From an uncultured virus (IMG/VR IMGVR_UViG_3300044627_003120) (Duplodnaviria; Heunggongvirae; Uroviricota; Caudoviricetes), in IMG/VR virus record IMGVR_UViG_3300044627_003120: DNA of 56,225 nt. One strand, given 5' to 3'. The position numbers and the translations under genes are program-made. This document shows, piece after piece, positions 1 through 10,744 of the stretch. The notes below the pieces were generated by a model. That model was not told the origin of the DNA and did no database searches. It saw only the letters and a list, made by a program, of their open reading frames with translations. Numbering within the stretch: position 1 is the first letter of the stretch; every line of letters begins with the position of its first letter.

Positions 1-1
1 A

Positions 2-2071
2 TCATTATTTGATAAGAAGATATGGGAAAAAACTGCTAACTTCTTTGCGCTTCCATCAATAGCAAAAACTGCTTTGGATATTGCAAAGTATGGCGGTATT
101 CCTCAAATGTTTGCTGCTAAGTTAGCAGGTCAGCCAATGAAGTCTGACATAAAAGACAACTTAAATGCTGCTCTAGCGGTTGCACCATTTCCAGGTCTTA
201 AAGCAGTAAAGCCAATAATAAATAAGATAGGAAACGTAATTCCTAAAAGAATAAAAGAATCACTTGGTAAAAACGGTATAGATATATTTAGTAAAGTAGC
301 AAGTAAAGCAAATCATGCCCCAGCGCCAACTACAAGTTTAGTGGAAGAAAAACTAACTATTCCTACAGCCTCTACTGGAAAGGGAGAATGGGATAGCACA
401 GAATGGGGCAAGTATGACGATTGGGTTCCAGGTCCTCTTCCTCTTAAGTCAAGAATTGCTAGTGCTCTATATGGCAATGGTGGCCCAATTGGAAGAGCAT
501 TAGAAAGTGCCTTTCTTGCTCCTGGAAGGTTTGCAAGCAACCTTCAAATTCCATTACAAAGTGCGTGGAAATATGGAGGCAAAGATACAAACATAAACGA
601 ATCATTCTTAAGTACTAAACTTGGAAGCACATTAGCATCTAAAGCAGTACCATATGTTTCTGATTTAGGTAAAAAGATTAATCCTAGAAGACTTCATGAA
701 ACAGATATTCAAGACCTTTCATATCTTCAAAAGTCTATGTTTGATGAAAGTAAAAAATATTCAAATGCTTCATATTCTAATATGTTTAAAAACATAGGAA
801 AAGATATGATGGACCCAGTTAAGGTAACACTTGGCAAATTAAAAGAAGCAATAGTTGCTCCAATAGCAAAACGACTTGCAGACACAAACTTTGGAAGAAA
901 TATAAGTCTTGCACGTTTAACTAGGGAGGTAGGTGGAGATGATGCAGAGGCATTTGTAAAACACTACAAGACTCAGGCAATCATAGACTCAATTCCAGGT
1001 GGATTAGGTGCTTTGATTACAATGAAGCGGGGCGTTCATAGACATGGAAAGCCTATAGATGACCTTCCGTCTCCTTTAGAAAGATATTTAAAATCAAAAA
1101 CAGATCCAACAGCAACACCAGTTAATGCCTTTGGTCCAGGACTGTATAGTGCAACTAGTCCACTAATGTCTAAAGAGCATTTTGGACAATTTGGGTCTTA
1201 TCAATATGGAATAGACTTAGAACCACGTGCAATCGCTAAGGTTTTATCTAGCAAAGGATTTATAGATCCAGAAGGATTAAAAAAGTTTAAAGAAGCATAT
1301 GTTAAAAAAACTGGTATTCAGCCAAGAGATATGAGCAGTATAAATGCTGACATAACTGATCCATTTATGCAAGAACTACTTAAGGCTGGTTATATTGGAT
1401 ATAGACATGGAGATGCATACACAAATTGGGGTGTTGGAAATATTCCTGGAATGAACCTAAAGGTTGTGGATGCCCCAGATCTTCAGGCAGTAGTAAAAGA
1501 TGGTAGAGTAGTTATGGTTCCAAGAACAGATATTCCTGCTATCGTTGAACCAAATCTAAAAGAAACTTCAAAAATTGGTACAAGCAAATCTGCTGTTGCA
1601 ACTATGCTGGGAACAGTCGCTGGTATTACTGGTCTTTCTTTATACGGTGCATCAAAGGCTATTGCAAGCATTCCTTCTTTAGGTTCTACTTCACAAGTAA
1701 GTTCCGATGATAAAGTTTTAAGTGGTGGGTTTGGCAGTGGCGGTGGCGGTGGAATGGCAAGTATGATGATGCTTTCTAAGGGTGGACTAGTTCCAAGTTA
1801 CTTCGCTAAAGGCGGATACGCTTCTGGAACAGACACTATCCCAGCAATGCTTACCCCTGGAGAATTTGTAATGAGTAAGTATGCTGTACAGTCTCATGGA
1901 GCAGATACAATGAGGGCAATAAATAATGGCTCATCAGTAGGCGACTCAGTGTATAATTATAGTATTAGTGTTAATGTAAAATCAGATGCAAACCCAGATG
2001 AAATTGCAAGAGTTGTGATGACACAAATAAAGGGTATTGACTCACAGAAACTCAGGGGGAATAGATTATAA
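2..2071 (+). CDS. Tape measure protein, C-terminal part (5'-truncated), with an inserted putative ADP-ribosyltransferase-like domain
   Basis: Frame is open from base 2. The C-terminal 'AKGG..GTDTIPAMLTPGEFVM..YNYSISVNV' signature is typical of siphophage tape-measure ends, and the gene lies upstream of tail genes. Confidence 0.75.
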   Translation, partial: SLFDKKIWEKTANFFALPSIAKTALDIAKYGGIPQMFAAKLAGQPMKSDIKDNLNAALAVAPFPGLKAVKPIINKIGNVIPKRIKESLGKNGIDIFSKVASKANHAPAPTTSLVEEKLTIPTASTGKGEWDSTEWGKYDDWVPGPLPLKSRIASALYGNGGPIGRALESAFLAPGRFASNLQIPLQSAWKYGGKDTNINESFLSTKLGSTLASKAVPYVSDLGKKINPRRLHETDIQDLSYLQKSMFDESKKYSNASYSNMFKNIGKDMMDPVKVTLGKLKEAIVAPIAKRLADTNFGRNISLARLTREVGGDDAEAFVKHYKTQAIIDSIPGGLGALITMKRGVHRHGKPIDDLPSPLERYLKSKTDPTATPVNAFGPGLYSATSPLMSKEHFGQFGSYQYGIDLEPRAIAKVLSSKGFIDPEGLKKFKEAYVKKTGIQPRDMSSINADITDPFMQELLKAGYIGYRHGDAYTNWGVGNIPGMNLKVVDAPDLQAVVKDGRVVMVPRTDIPAIVEPNLKETSKIGTSKSAVATMLGTVAGITGLSLYGASKAIASIPSLGSTSQVSSDDKVLSGGFGSGGGGGMASMMMLSKGGLVPSYFAKGGYASGTDTIPAMLTPGEFVMSKYAVQSHGADTMRAINNGSSVGDSVYNYSISVNVKSDANPDEIARVVMTQIKGIDSQKLRGNRL

Positions 2072-2727
2072 TGGCAACTAACACATATATGTCTGGAAGA
2101 AAAAAATATTCAAGACCACAGGCAATGCTATTTGCAGACAACCAGGGAACGAAGGTTGATGGATTTCATATTCCTTCGGGAGTTGAAATAGGGTCAGCAG
2201 CAGCCTCTGGAGACTCTTCTGGCGAGTTTATAATACTATCTGATGATAACAGGTCACCCATAACCTTTAATCCTTCCAGAATAGAAAAAAAGGAGAGAAT
2301 GATTAATGGTCGTATGAGATCTTATCATATTGCCGATAAACTTCAAATATCAGTATCCTGGGACATGCTACCATCAAGAGCATACGATACTTATCCTGGA
2401 TTTGATTCTAATGGAAATCCTAACATGGTTAAGACAGAAACAAGACAAAGCCCCCTAGAGTTTACTAGCGACGGAGGAGCAGGCGGTGTAGAACTACTTG
2501 ACTGGTATAAAAACCATAAAGGATCTTTTTGGGTTTACCTTGCTTATGATAAGTATACTAATTTTAGCAATGATCCACTAACTGTAGAAGATGATAGATT
2601 TAAAAATACAAACAAATACAATGAGGTAATAGAAGTATTTTTTGCAGACTTTAATTATTCAGTTATCAAAAGAAGTGGTTTGAACTTTGATTTTTGGAAT
2701 GTTGCCTTAACACTGGAAGAGGCGTAA
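2071..2727 (+). CDS. Tail protein (distal-tail-like)
   Basis: Directly follows the tape measure gene with a TAATG overlap. 218 aa, beta-rich, ends 'WNVALTLEEA'. Positional inference. Confidence 0.55.
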   Translation: MATNTYMSGRKKYSRPQAMLFADNQGTKVDGFHIPSGVEIGSAAASGDSSGEFIILSDDNRSPITFNPSRIEKKERMINGRMRSYHIADKLQISVSWDMLPSRAYDTYPGFDSNGNPNMVKTETRQSPLEFTSDGGAGGVELLDWYKNHKGSFWVYLAYDKYTNFSNDPLTVEDDRFKNTNKYNEVIEVFFADFNYSVIKRSGLNFDFWNVALTLEEA

Positions 2728-5700
2728 TGTTCCAGGGTAAAAAATTACAAAATCATTTAGAGACAAGTTCTTCTGTAAAGACACAGTCTGCAGTTGTAGT
2801 TGAGTGGAATATGAACATACCCTCAAATATATCTATTGCTGGAAACTACCGATACAGGCCAAACACTAGTGGCTCTATTTATAGCGCACTTCCAAACACC
2901 TTTGATCCTTCCGATGCTGGAAACTATTACACTGGGGCAACTGATGCAGACGTAAAAATTGATGGAGGCTTTGATGATAATGGAGAGCCAACAACTTTGA
3001 CAGCATACAAAGAAAAGTTAAAGATGCTTTACTCTTTAGAAGATTGTCTAAAGCCACAAAGACCAAGATCTGGAATTAACAAAGCAACATATTTAAATGG
3101 TAGATACTTACACAACCCAAATATTAATATGGCAAAAAGACCAAGATACTATATGCCAGACAAGAATGATCCATTTAAATACTGGACATCTTTTAGAACT
3201 GAAAATAAAATTGAGTATGGTGTTGCAAATAAAACTATAAATGGAAGACACAGAATAGAAGATGCTGCTCCATTCGTTGTATACAAGCAGCAAGTTCCAG
3301 CAAACAGAGTTATTGTAAAGATGCAAACCAATGTTGGAGAACTGGATTATGGAACATTTTCAAACTCAGCAGGTACATTTTTAGATCCATACTTTGGCGA
3401 TACAAATAAAACAACTCCAGATAGATGGAAGATTCAGGTTTTAAAAAATAACAACTGGGTAGACGCTGTATCGTTTACAGACAAAGACAAAAGAAAAGAT
3501 GGAACAGATATAATTAAGTCTGATGGATACGTTGAACTTTCTTATGGCCTTATAGTTCCTAAGTTATATTCAGATATATTTATTTTTAAAGGAGAACTAC
3601 CTTCTGCAACTCTTAGACCAGATACCGCAGAAGAAGGGCATTCGTTTTTAGTAATACAAAATGATGGAGAACTTGGCACATATCATATTTGGTACGACTC
3701 TGAATGGAAAACATTTACTCCAACATATGGTTGGAAACTTGAAGAAAGTTCTGTAGACAGTCTAACAAACTTTGTAACTGATTTAACATCCCCAAAATAC
3801 TACAACTCTGGTACTGCTAAAAAATATAAAGAGTTTGAATATATTTCTGGAATTAGAATCGTAGTTGAAAGCATGAATAAGTTTGACTCAACATTTGATT
3901 TAATTGAAATGTCTTCTAGACTATCGGCAGACATTTCAGACAGAGTGTTAAATTTTTCAGTTAATAAAAGCGCATCAGACCTTGGTGCAAGCGGACTTCC
4001 TGTTGGGCAACTACTTGCATCTACTGGTAAACTTGAACTTTTTGATTTTGATGATGCCTTTAATGCAAACAATACAAATAGTGTTATTGGAAAGTATGTG
4101 TCAAAAAACATACAAGTAAAACTTTACGAGATAATTATGGATGTAGAAGGTGTGGACTACTACGTTCCAATTAAAACTATGTACTCAGATGGATTTCCAA
4201 AAACATCAAATGATTCAAAGCAGGTATCTATTGACCTAAGAGATTTATACTTCTACTTTGAATCTCAAACTGCCCCAGAAATTCTTTCAACAAATACATC
4301 AGTGAGCGCAGCAGTTTCACTTCTTTTAGACTCAATAGGTTTTTCAAACTATGTATTTAAAAGAGTAGACGGAGAATCAGAAGCCATAATTCCATATTTC
4401 TTTATACCACCAGAAAAAACTGTTGCTGAGATATTAGAAGATATAGCAATCTCAACACAGACAGCCATGTTCTTTGACGAATACAATAACTTTGTAATGA
4501 TGAGTAAAAACTATATAATGCCATCATTAGCGCAAAGACCAACAGACATAGTTCTGTACGGGTCCTCTGACTCACAAGATTCTGGAGTGGTTAAAAACGA
4601 AAGAACAAAAACAAAACTTGCAAACATTGTAGAGGTAACATCTGAAGACAACGATGTTTACAATGATGGAAAGATTGTTTATACAACAAGACATATTCAA
4701 AGATCTATTGGAAGCATAAAGCAGGCAAGCCTTGTAGATGCCGAAAAGACCTGGATATATAAGCCAGTACTTTTGTGGGAAGTTGCAGGTACAGAAAATA
4801 CTAAGTCTGCTAATGGAGAGATTGGAAACCAGTCTACGTACATGTTAAGCGCAATACCATTAAACTCTAATCTTTCTGCCACAGTTCCAAATGTTTCTAA
4901 TAACGTAGTTGTTAATAATGTTATGGATTTAGGAGAAGGAGTTTACTGGATAACAAGATACAATGGATATTTTTATTCTAACGGAGAGATTATAAAGTAT
5001 GATGCTGTTCAATATAATATTTCTGGTACTGGAGATGTTTGGATTAACAATGTGCAAGAGTATGAGAAGTACTTTTCATCCCTTCCTTTTAACGGAAAGA
5101 TTTATCCAACTGGCTTAGTAAGAATATATTCTGAACCAAACTACGAAGAAATTTCTGGAATTGTAAAGTTAAAGAATGGCCCTGTTGCAAAGCACGGAAG
5201 AGGACAGTTTGGAACGCCAGTAACACTACATACTGCTGGCTTAAATCCATACTGGTCAGACAACGCAAATGTTCGTGGATGTACAATGGACTCAAAGTAT
5301 TTATTTAAATCAGATCAAACATTGCCAGATACAAGAGTTTTTGCAGCAGGACTAAGCAACACCCTTGCACAGAAAACAACAAGAAATGGCATTATTAAAA
5401 ACTTTCTTTCATCAAAGTATATTGCAGAGACAAGCATTAATGCAATGCTTTCAACACAAACTGGAACAGTCCAGTCCTCTGCTTTGGTTATGAATGGTCC
5501 AGGGTTTACAACAACAGAGTCACCAATTGATTTTATATCATATGTGTACAAGCCATTAACAAACAAGTATAAGCACTTTGGAACTAGAATGAGAATTATT
5601 GGTAAAATTGAAAATGATATTAATCGTGGCCAGACACCAGTAGGGGGATCTACTTACTACACTGTTCCAGGAACTACTCCAGACAAGAACATAAGTATTG

Positions 5701-7010
5701 TCGGTGGGTCAGGCGGTCTTGGTGTGATGATAAACCCAGAAACAAACAACGGGTATTATTTTGAAATCATTGCGTTAGGAGCAAACAAACTTAATAACTC
5801 TGAGAAAGACAATGTTCACAATGTTATATTTTATAAACTAAAGGCTGCTACTGCTGGAACAGAAACCACATCTGCAGTGCCAGTAAAACTGTATGAAGGA
5901 CTTACAAACATAATTGTAGACGATGGAAAATTTACGGGACAGTACAGAATGGCTGCAGAAGAAAAACCAACAGTATATGACTTAGCAGTTGAGTATCAAG
6001 ACATAGGCTCACGCAGAAGGTTTTTTCTATACCTAAACAATAACCTAATTGCTACAATAGATGACACTGACCCGCTTCCAATATACAATAACATGTCATT
6101 GTTTGTTCGTGGATCTTCAAGAGTTATGTTTGAAAATATCTATGCATTGGCAAACAACTATTCACAAAATACAGCGTTTCAAATTGATGCTCCAATTAGT
6201 TCAGCATTCGGAGACTCTGAAATAAATGCAAACGATTCATTTATGAAATACGCCATGTCAGGTGCAGTTCAATCAACCTATCTTACTGGGATTAGTTCTG
6301 CTGAGCCCCCAAAGTTTAGCATGTACTTTGAAGAGTTCGGAACAATAATGAGAGAAGCAGCATCATTTAATTTTAAATATGACAAGGCATATCCTGCTTT
6401 GTATGCAAAGTTATCTCCAACATTTAATAGATTAAAGGGTTATGCTGTTTCAGGATTTAGAGCAGGGGCATATGGAGCAGAATTTTTAATATTTAATTCT
6501 ACAGACACAGCACTCAGCCTTGACGAGACAAGCGGAAACTATCTAAGAATTCAAGGCATTACATTTACTCAGCAATCAAGCAACGATCTTACTGTGGATG
6601 AATACTTTTCAAAGAATAGTAATTTAGCAGACCCACAGTTTGTTGCTAATTCGTTGGTATCATATCCTAATAAAATTGCAAAAGATTATGAGGACATAAA
6701 GTTAAGTCGCATGACTTATGGCAAAAAAGATTTTTCATTAGAGGCTCCATATATTCAGTCACATGATGACGCAGAAAACCTTTTGGCTTGGGTAATTAAA
6801 AAAATAATGAAGCCAAGAAAGTCTATAGGTGTTAAGGTTTTTGCAAACCCAATGATTCAACTTGGAGATATTGTATCTGTTGACTACACTGAAAATCAAA
6901 TAGATAAGGTCGGATCTAAGGACTCAAGGTTTGTGGTATATAATATAGAATATTCTAAAGAAAAATACGGTCCAGAAATGACAATATTTTTAAGTGAGGT
7001 AGTGCAATGA
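2727..7010 (+). CDS. Large minor tail / baseplate hub protein
   Basis: About 1430 aa ORF in the tail module. The C-terminal 'NPMIQLGDIVSV' is of the tail-hub type. ATG at 2727 overlaps the previous stop. Confidence 0.6.
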   Translation: MFQGKKLQNHLETSSSVKTQSAVVVEWNMNIPSNISIAGNYRYRPNTSGSIYSALPNTFDPSDAGNYYTGATDADVKIDGGFDDNGEPTTLTAYKEKLKMLYSLEDCLKPQRPRSGINKATYLNGRYLHNPNINMAKRPRYYMPDKNDPFKYWTSFRTENKIEYGVANKTINGRHRIEDAAPFVVYKQQVPANRVIVKMQTNVGELDYGTFSNSAGTFLDPYFGDTNKTTPDRWKIQVLKNNNWVDAVSFTDKDKRKDGTDIIKSDGYVELSYGLIVPKLYSDIFIFKGELPSATLRPDTAEEGHSFLVIQNDGELGTYHIWYDSEWKTFTPTYGWKLEESSVDSLTNFVTDLTSPKYYNSGTAKKYKEFEYISGIRIVVESMNKFDSTFDLIEMSSRLSADISDRVLNFSVNKSASDLGASGLPVGQLLASTGKLELFDFDDAFNANNTNSVIGKYVSKNIQVKLYEIIMDVEGVDYYVPIKTMYSDGFPKTSNDSKQVSIDLRDLYFYFESQTAPEILSTNTSVSAAVSLLLDSIGFSNYVFKRVDGESEAIIPYFFIPPEKTVAEILEDIAISTQTAMFFDEYNNFVMMSKNYIMPSLAQRPTDIVLYGSSDSQDSGVVKNERTKTKLANIVEVTSEDNDVYNDGKIVYTTRHIQRSIGSIKQASLVDAEKTWIYKPVLLWEVAGTENTKSANGEIGNQSTYMLSAIPLNSNLSATVPNVSNNVVVNNVMDLGEGVYWITRYNGYFYSNGEIIKYDAVQYNISGTGDVWINNVQEYEKYFSSLPFNGKIYPTGLVRIYSEPNYEEISGIVKLKNGPVAKHGRGQFGTPVTLHTAGLNPYWSDNANVRGCTMDSKYLFKSDQTLPDTRVFAAGLSNTLAQKTTRNGIIKNFLSSKYIAETSINAMLSTQTGTVQSSALVMNGPGFTTTESPIDFISYVYKPLTNKYKHFGTRMRIIGKIENDINRGQTPVGGSTYYTVPGTTPDKNISIVGGSGGLGVMINPETNNGYYFEIIALGANKLNNSEKDNVHNVIFYKLKAATAGTETTSAVPVKLYEGLTNIIVDDGKFTGQYRMAAEEKPTVYDLAVEYQDIGSRRRFFLYLNNNLIATIDDTDPLPIYNNMSLFVRGSSRVMFENIYALANNYSQNTAFQIDAPISSAFGDSEINANDSFMKYAMSGAVQSTYLTGISSAEPPKFSMYFEEFGTIMREAASFNFKYDKAYPALYAKLSPTFNRLKGYAVSGFRAGAYGAEFLIFNSTDTALSLDETSGNYLRIQGITFTQQSSNDLTVDEYFSKNSNLADPQFVANSLVSYPNKIAKDYEDIKLSRMTYGKKDFSLEAPYIQSHDDAENLLAWVIKKIMKPRKSIGVKVFANPMIQLGDIVSVDYTENQIDKVGSKDSRFVVYNIEYSKEKYGPEMTIFLSEVVQ

Positions 7011-7501
7011 CAACTGATTCAGTAGCAAATCAACCAGCATCCCAAGCAAAGCCAGCAGTTAATCCAGCGGTTAAGGTTGCAACTCCTTCTTTAATTGCTC
7101 TTAGCAATCCACCACTTGAAATTGATATTATGGCAGATCTTATATTTGAAAATATAGGAGGCCAAGAATTAATCAATATATCAAGAAACGATATTATTAA
7201 TGGACAAGATGTTTTGTATAGCCCAATTAAAAACCTGCAAAGCCTTTACTTAGAATACAATCCTAACAATATAATTAAACTTGAGAACACAGCAGATACT
7301 TATTTTAAGAACTTTCCAATCAGGCTTGAGAACAAAATCCCATCAGTAGGCTCAGGTCCTGCTGGACAGATAGTCTATATAGATCAAACAACAGGTGATT
7401 TGGTAATCAATGTAACTAACCTTGATTCAGATGAGCAAATAGAGGTTCAAATAGTAAACAACGGTGAGATACTTAATGGTACAATATATGGGGCGGTATA
7501 A
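7007..7501 (+). CDS. Putative virion structural protein
   Basis: Coupled ORF within the tail module. Confidence 0.5.
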   Translation: MTTDSVANQPASQAKPAVNPAVKVATPSLIALSNPPLEIDIMADLIFENIGGQELINISRNDIINGQDVLYSPIKNLQSLYLEYNPNNIIKLENTADTYFKNFPIRLENKIPSVGSGPAGQIVYIDQTTGDLVINVTNLDSDEQIEVQIVNNGEILNGTIYGAV

Positions 7502-7504
7502 AAA

Positions 7505-8623
7505 ATGATAACTAATACAGGCAAGAATATTCTGGCAAAGTATCTTGTAGGTCAAGCACCTGCATATGCTTCATATATTGCCATAGGCTGTGGAGCAAAG
7601 CCACTAAATACAGACGCAACTCTTGGAGACTACTCAGGTAAACAGGCATTAGATTTTGAGATGTTTCGTGTGCCAATTACATCTCGTGGCTATGTTACAG
7701 AGGGCGGACAATCAAAGATAGTCTTTACTGCAGAACTTCCTACAGCAGAAAGATATGAGATTACAGAGGTTGGTGTTTGGTCTGCTGGATCAAATCCAAC
7801 AGCAGGAGCATATGATAGCAAGAACATTTATTCATTTACTTCAAATGAAAACTGGGAATACCATGGAACGACAACAGCAACAGCGATTCCTGTATACTAC
7901 ACACCATTAGATTCAGATGACAACATTATAAATATTACGGACCAAGTGTTTCAAACAAATGCAGACAACAAGATTTTTACAAACCAGGAACGTGTGAACA
8001 GGTATGAAAGATGCAGATTCTTAAATAACATTATGGTTATAAGAGGAGACATGACAAACCTTTCTGTATCTGGTGGCCATTTGGTTGTTCCACCTGCCTC
8101 AAAGCATATACACCTTACTGGCGCAGCACTTGACTTTAATAAGAATGCACCAACAGACGATCTTAGACTTGCATTTTCTGTAGTCAATAAAGACGGAGAA
8201 TCAAATGTTCAGCCAGATGAGGTTAGAATAATGATAGAGTTTGCAGAGTCTGATGTTCATGGAACTGGAGAGTGGGCAAGGTTTGAGACAGTAGTTAAAG
8301 AGTCTGATCCTGGTGTAGATTTTGCAACTAATAGATATTTTGTTTCACAGAAATCATTCCAAGATTTGTACAAGAGCAACGGTTTTACTTGGAGCGTAGT
8401 TGATGTTGTAAAGTTTTATGTTGCAGTAATTAAAAATGGCGCAGTATCAGATGATTACTATGTATGCTTAGATGCATTGCGATTAGAAAATACTACATCT
8501 TCAAACCCAGTCTATGGTCTAACAGGATACTCAGTCATTAAAAATAAAAATGCAGAGACGATTACTAAGACTGCTAATACAACTAATCATATTGAGTTTA
8601 GGTTTGGGATGGATGTTCTATAG
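7505..8623 (+). CDS. Putative tail/baseplate protein
   Basis: N-terminal 'MITNTGK..YIAIGCG..ITEVGVW' resembles tail-collar/baseplate N-termini. Confidence 0.55.
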   Translation: MITNTGKNILAKYLVGQAPAYASYIAIGCGAKPLNTDATLGDYSGKQALDFEMFRVPITSRGYVTEGGQSKIVFTAELPTAERYEITEVGVWSAGSNPTAGAYDSKNIYSFTSNENWEYHGTTTATAIPVYYTPLDSDDNIINITDQVFQTNADNKIFTNQERVNRYERCRFLNNIMVIRGDMTNLSVSGGHLVVPPASKHIHLTGAALDFNKNAPTDDLRLAFSVVNKDGESNVQPDEVRIMIEFAESDVHGTGEWARFETVVKESDPGVDFATNRYFVSQKSFQDLYKSNGFTWSVVDVVKFYVAVIKNGAVSDDYYVCLDALRLENTTSSNPVYGLTGYSVIKNKNAETITKTANTTNHIEFRFGMDVL

Positions 8624-9054
8624 TGTCAGACTCACAAATAAAAAAGGTAGTTATCAAAAAAGAAGATCTTCCAGCATTTAATGGAACCACACAAAAGCAC
8701 TCTGTAAGATATAGAGTAGTCTCAGAAGACAAGAACAGATCTTCTCATTGGTCACCGTATTATTCTGTATCAAATCCATCTCCAGAGCAATTAGAATGCT
8801 CTGTAACAGTAACTGCAAATGTAGTAAATATGGTTTGGAAGCAGCCTACTGTATCGGCAATTAAGCAATATGATATCTATTTTAAATTAGATAGTGCTGA
8901 CTGGGTATATATATCAAGTTCATCGTCAACCCAGTTTTCAACACTGATTGCAGATTCAGTCTCAACTCTGCGTGTTGCTGTACAACTTCCAACATATCCT
9001 AAGCAATATTTTTCTGGGGCTGCATTATTTACCTCATCGCCAATAGCGGTTTAG
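8623..9054 (+). CDS. Putative structural protein (Ig/FN3-like)
   Basis: Beta-rich, with 'YRVVSED..SHWS' and 'W..P....YDIY'. Confidence 0.4.
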   Translation: MSDSQIKKVVIKKEDLPAFNGTTQKHSVRYRVVSEDKNRSSHWSPYYSVSNPSPEQLECSVTVTANVVNMVWKQPTVSAIKQYDIYFKLDSADWVYISSSSSTQFSTLIADSVSTLRVAVQLPTYPKQYFSGAALFTSSPIAV

Positions 9055-9072
9055 TGGTATAATTATATAACC

Positions 9073-9516
9073 ATGGCAAAAATACCTTTACCAGAAAGAG
9101 GACAACCTTTAGATGTTACATACATCTCTCAGTTGGCCCAGGCAGTCAATGAACTGTCAACAGCAATATCACCATCAACATACAAGTACACCTCAATTGA
9201 TACACCTAACGCTGGTAAGCAAAACATTAAAGCAACAGAGGCAAGAGTAATTGGTGGATATGTTCGTGTTGTTAATAGCGGTACCATAACCGCAGGTGAA
9301 GAAAAATCTTTTACATATTCTTTTCCAGGAGAGTTTAAGTACTCCCCAATTGCAACAGCCACACCAATCAATACTGGCAATACTGTTGCTGGCAAAAATG
9401 TAACAGTTGTCCTTAAGAGCGTCACAACTTCAGGCCTTGAAGGAGTAGTTAGATTTAACACTTCTGGAGATGTTTCTGTAGATGTAAACCTTATTATCAT
9501 TGGCGTACCAAACTAA
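9073..9516 (+). CDS. Putative tail-associated protein
   Basis: ORF ends the structural block and is preceded by TGGTATAAT. Confidence 0.45.
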   Translation: MAKIPLPERGQPLDVTYISQLAQAVNELSTAISPSTYKYTSIDTPNAGKQNIKATEARVIGGYVRVVNSGTITAGEEKSFTYSFPGEFKYSPIATATPINTGNTVAGKNVTVVLKSVTTSGLEGVVRFNTSGDVSVDVNLIIIGVPN

Positions 9517-9707
9517 TGCTGAAATGTACAAAGTGCAAAGGAAGAATGTTTCTTGATAGACAGTACAGCACAATCGGCCACCTTGAAACATATTGTATGT
9601 CTTGTGGCAACAGAAATTTTTTTAATCCACCAACAAGTTCTGCGGAGGGTTTATGGCTATTAAAAAGGGAAGTATCGAGAGCGAAGGCTACAATGTCCTC
9701 CCTGTAA
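9516..9707 (+). CDS. Small zinc-ribbon protein
   Basis: CTKC...CMSC. Confidence 0.6.
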   Translation: MLKCTKCKGRMFLDRQYSTIGHLETYCMSCGNRNFFNPPTSSAEGLWLLKREVSRAKATMSSL

Positions 9708-10195
9708 TTCCAGGGAATAAAAAAGTTTGGTTCTTAAACGGAGACTTAGTAAGAGTCCATCATCTCAATAAGTCTAATGGTATTATGTCTGTTTACAATA
9801 TAACAAAAGATCAAATTGAAAGTTGTTTAATTTCTGATTTTAAAAAGAAGCGTGAACGAGCATACACTGTTAGAGAGACTGCTGATTTAGTTAATCGTCA
9901 TAAAAAATACATGCCATCATTAATGAGACGAGGAATCATTCCATTTCCAACGGGATCTCAAAAGGGAGGCGCAAGAGGATTTCAAGTAAGATCATATTAC
10001 TCAGAATCACAGGTAAGAGAGATTCGTGATATACTTGCTACATACCATATTGGTAGACCAAGAAAAGATAATTTAATAACAAACGATATCACCCCAAGCA
10101 AACAAGAGTTGACACGAAGAATGGGCGATGGTATACTTACATATACGAGAACTGAAGATGGACGATTCATTCCTATCTGGTCTGAATCTATTTAA
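9653..10195 (+). CDS. DNA-binding protein, MerR/excisionase-like HTH
   Basis: 'YTVRETADLVNRH...R.YYSESQV' winged-HTH-like pattern. Confidence 0.55.
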   Translation: MAIKKGSIESEGYNVLPVIPGNKKVWFLNGDLVRVHHLNKSNGIMSVYNITKDQIESCLISDFKKKRERAYTVRETADLVNRHKKYMPSLMRRGIIPFPTGSQKGGARGFQVRSYYSESQVREIRDILATYHIGRPRKDNLITNDITPSKQELTRRMGDGILTYTRTEDGRFIPIWSESI

Positions 10196-10208
10196 CGAAG
10201 GGTATGAA

Positions 10209-10436
10209 ATGTCAGACAGCAATTATGTAGTAACGAATGAACCAACAAAGGTATCTGTAACGCTTGGATACACATTAAATCTAGGAAATTTTCAATCACT
10301 AAGACTTGATCTTGGCGTTGTAGATTCACGTAAAAGTGAAGAAAATGTTAACCAGGCATTTGAGCGTGTGTATAAGTTTGTAGAAGATAAGTTAACTGAA
10401 AAGATTAACGAAGCAAAGTCTGAAATAAACGAGTAA
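10209..10436 (+). CDS. Hypothetical phage protein
   Basis: ATG at 10209 after GAAGGG. 'VTLGYTLNLGNFQSLRLD' motif. Confidence 0.6.
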   Translation: MSDSNYVVTNEPTKVSVTLGYTLNLGNFQSLRLDLGVVDSRKSEENVNQAFERVYKFVEDKLTEKINEAKSEINE

Positions 10437-10744
10437 TGGCTGAACGCAAAGACCGTATGGCTTTGCTTTCAAGATACAGCAAGTATCATACCGCAAGGTA
10501 CGAGTCAAAGCCATCACTTAATCTAAACGTAGAGCAGTGGGCCTCTGATGGCCTTGTAGAGTCATACGGACTTTCTGGGTGTTACGATATACTTGAGTAT
10601 TACTTTTCAGTTGCAGAGAATCCGTCGTGGAACTACTTTGCTTATAACGCAGAAAAAATTTTACAGGCACAAAAAGATAAAAAAAGAGACGATGAAGAGA
10701 GAGCAGAGCGTAGAAGAATGGCAAAGGAGTGGCTAAGTGAATAA
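10436..10744 (+). CDS. Hypothetical protein (possible helicase loader or replication accessory)
   Basis: Coupled to dnaB. Function is a positional guess only. Confidence 0.5.
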   Translation: MAERKDRMALLSRYSKYHTARYESKPSLNLNVEQWASDGLVESYGLSGCYDILEYYFSVAENPSWNYFAYNAEKILQAQKDKKRDDEERAERRRMAKEWLSE

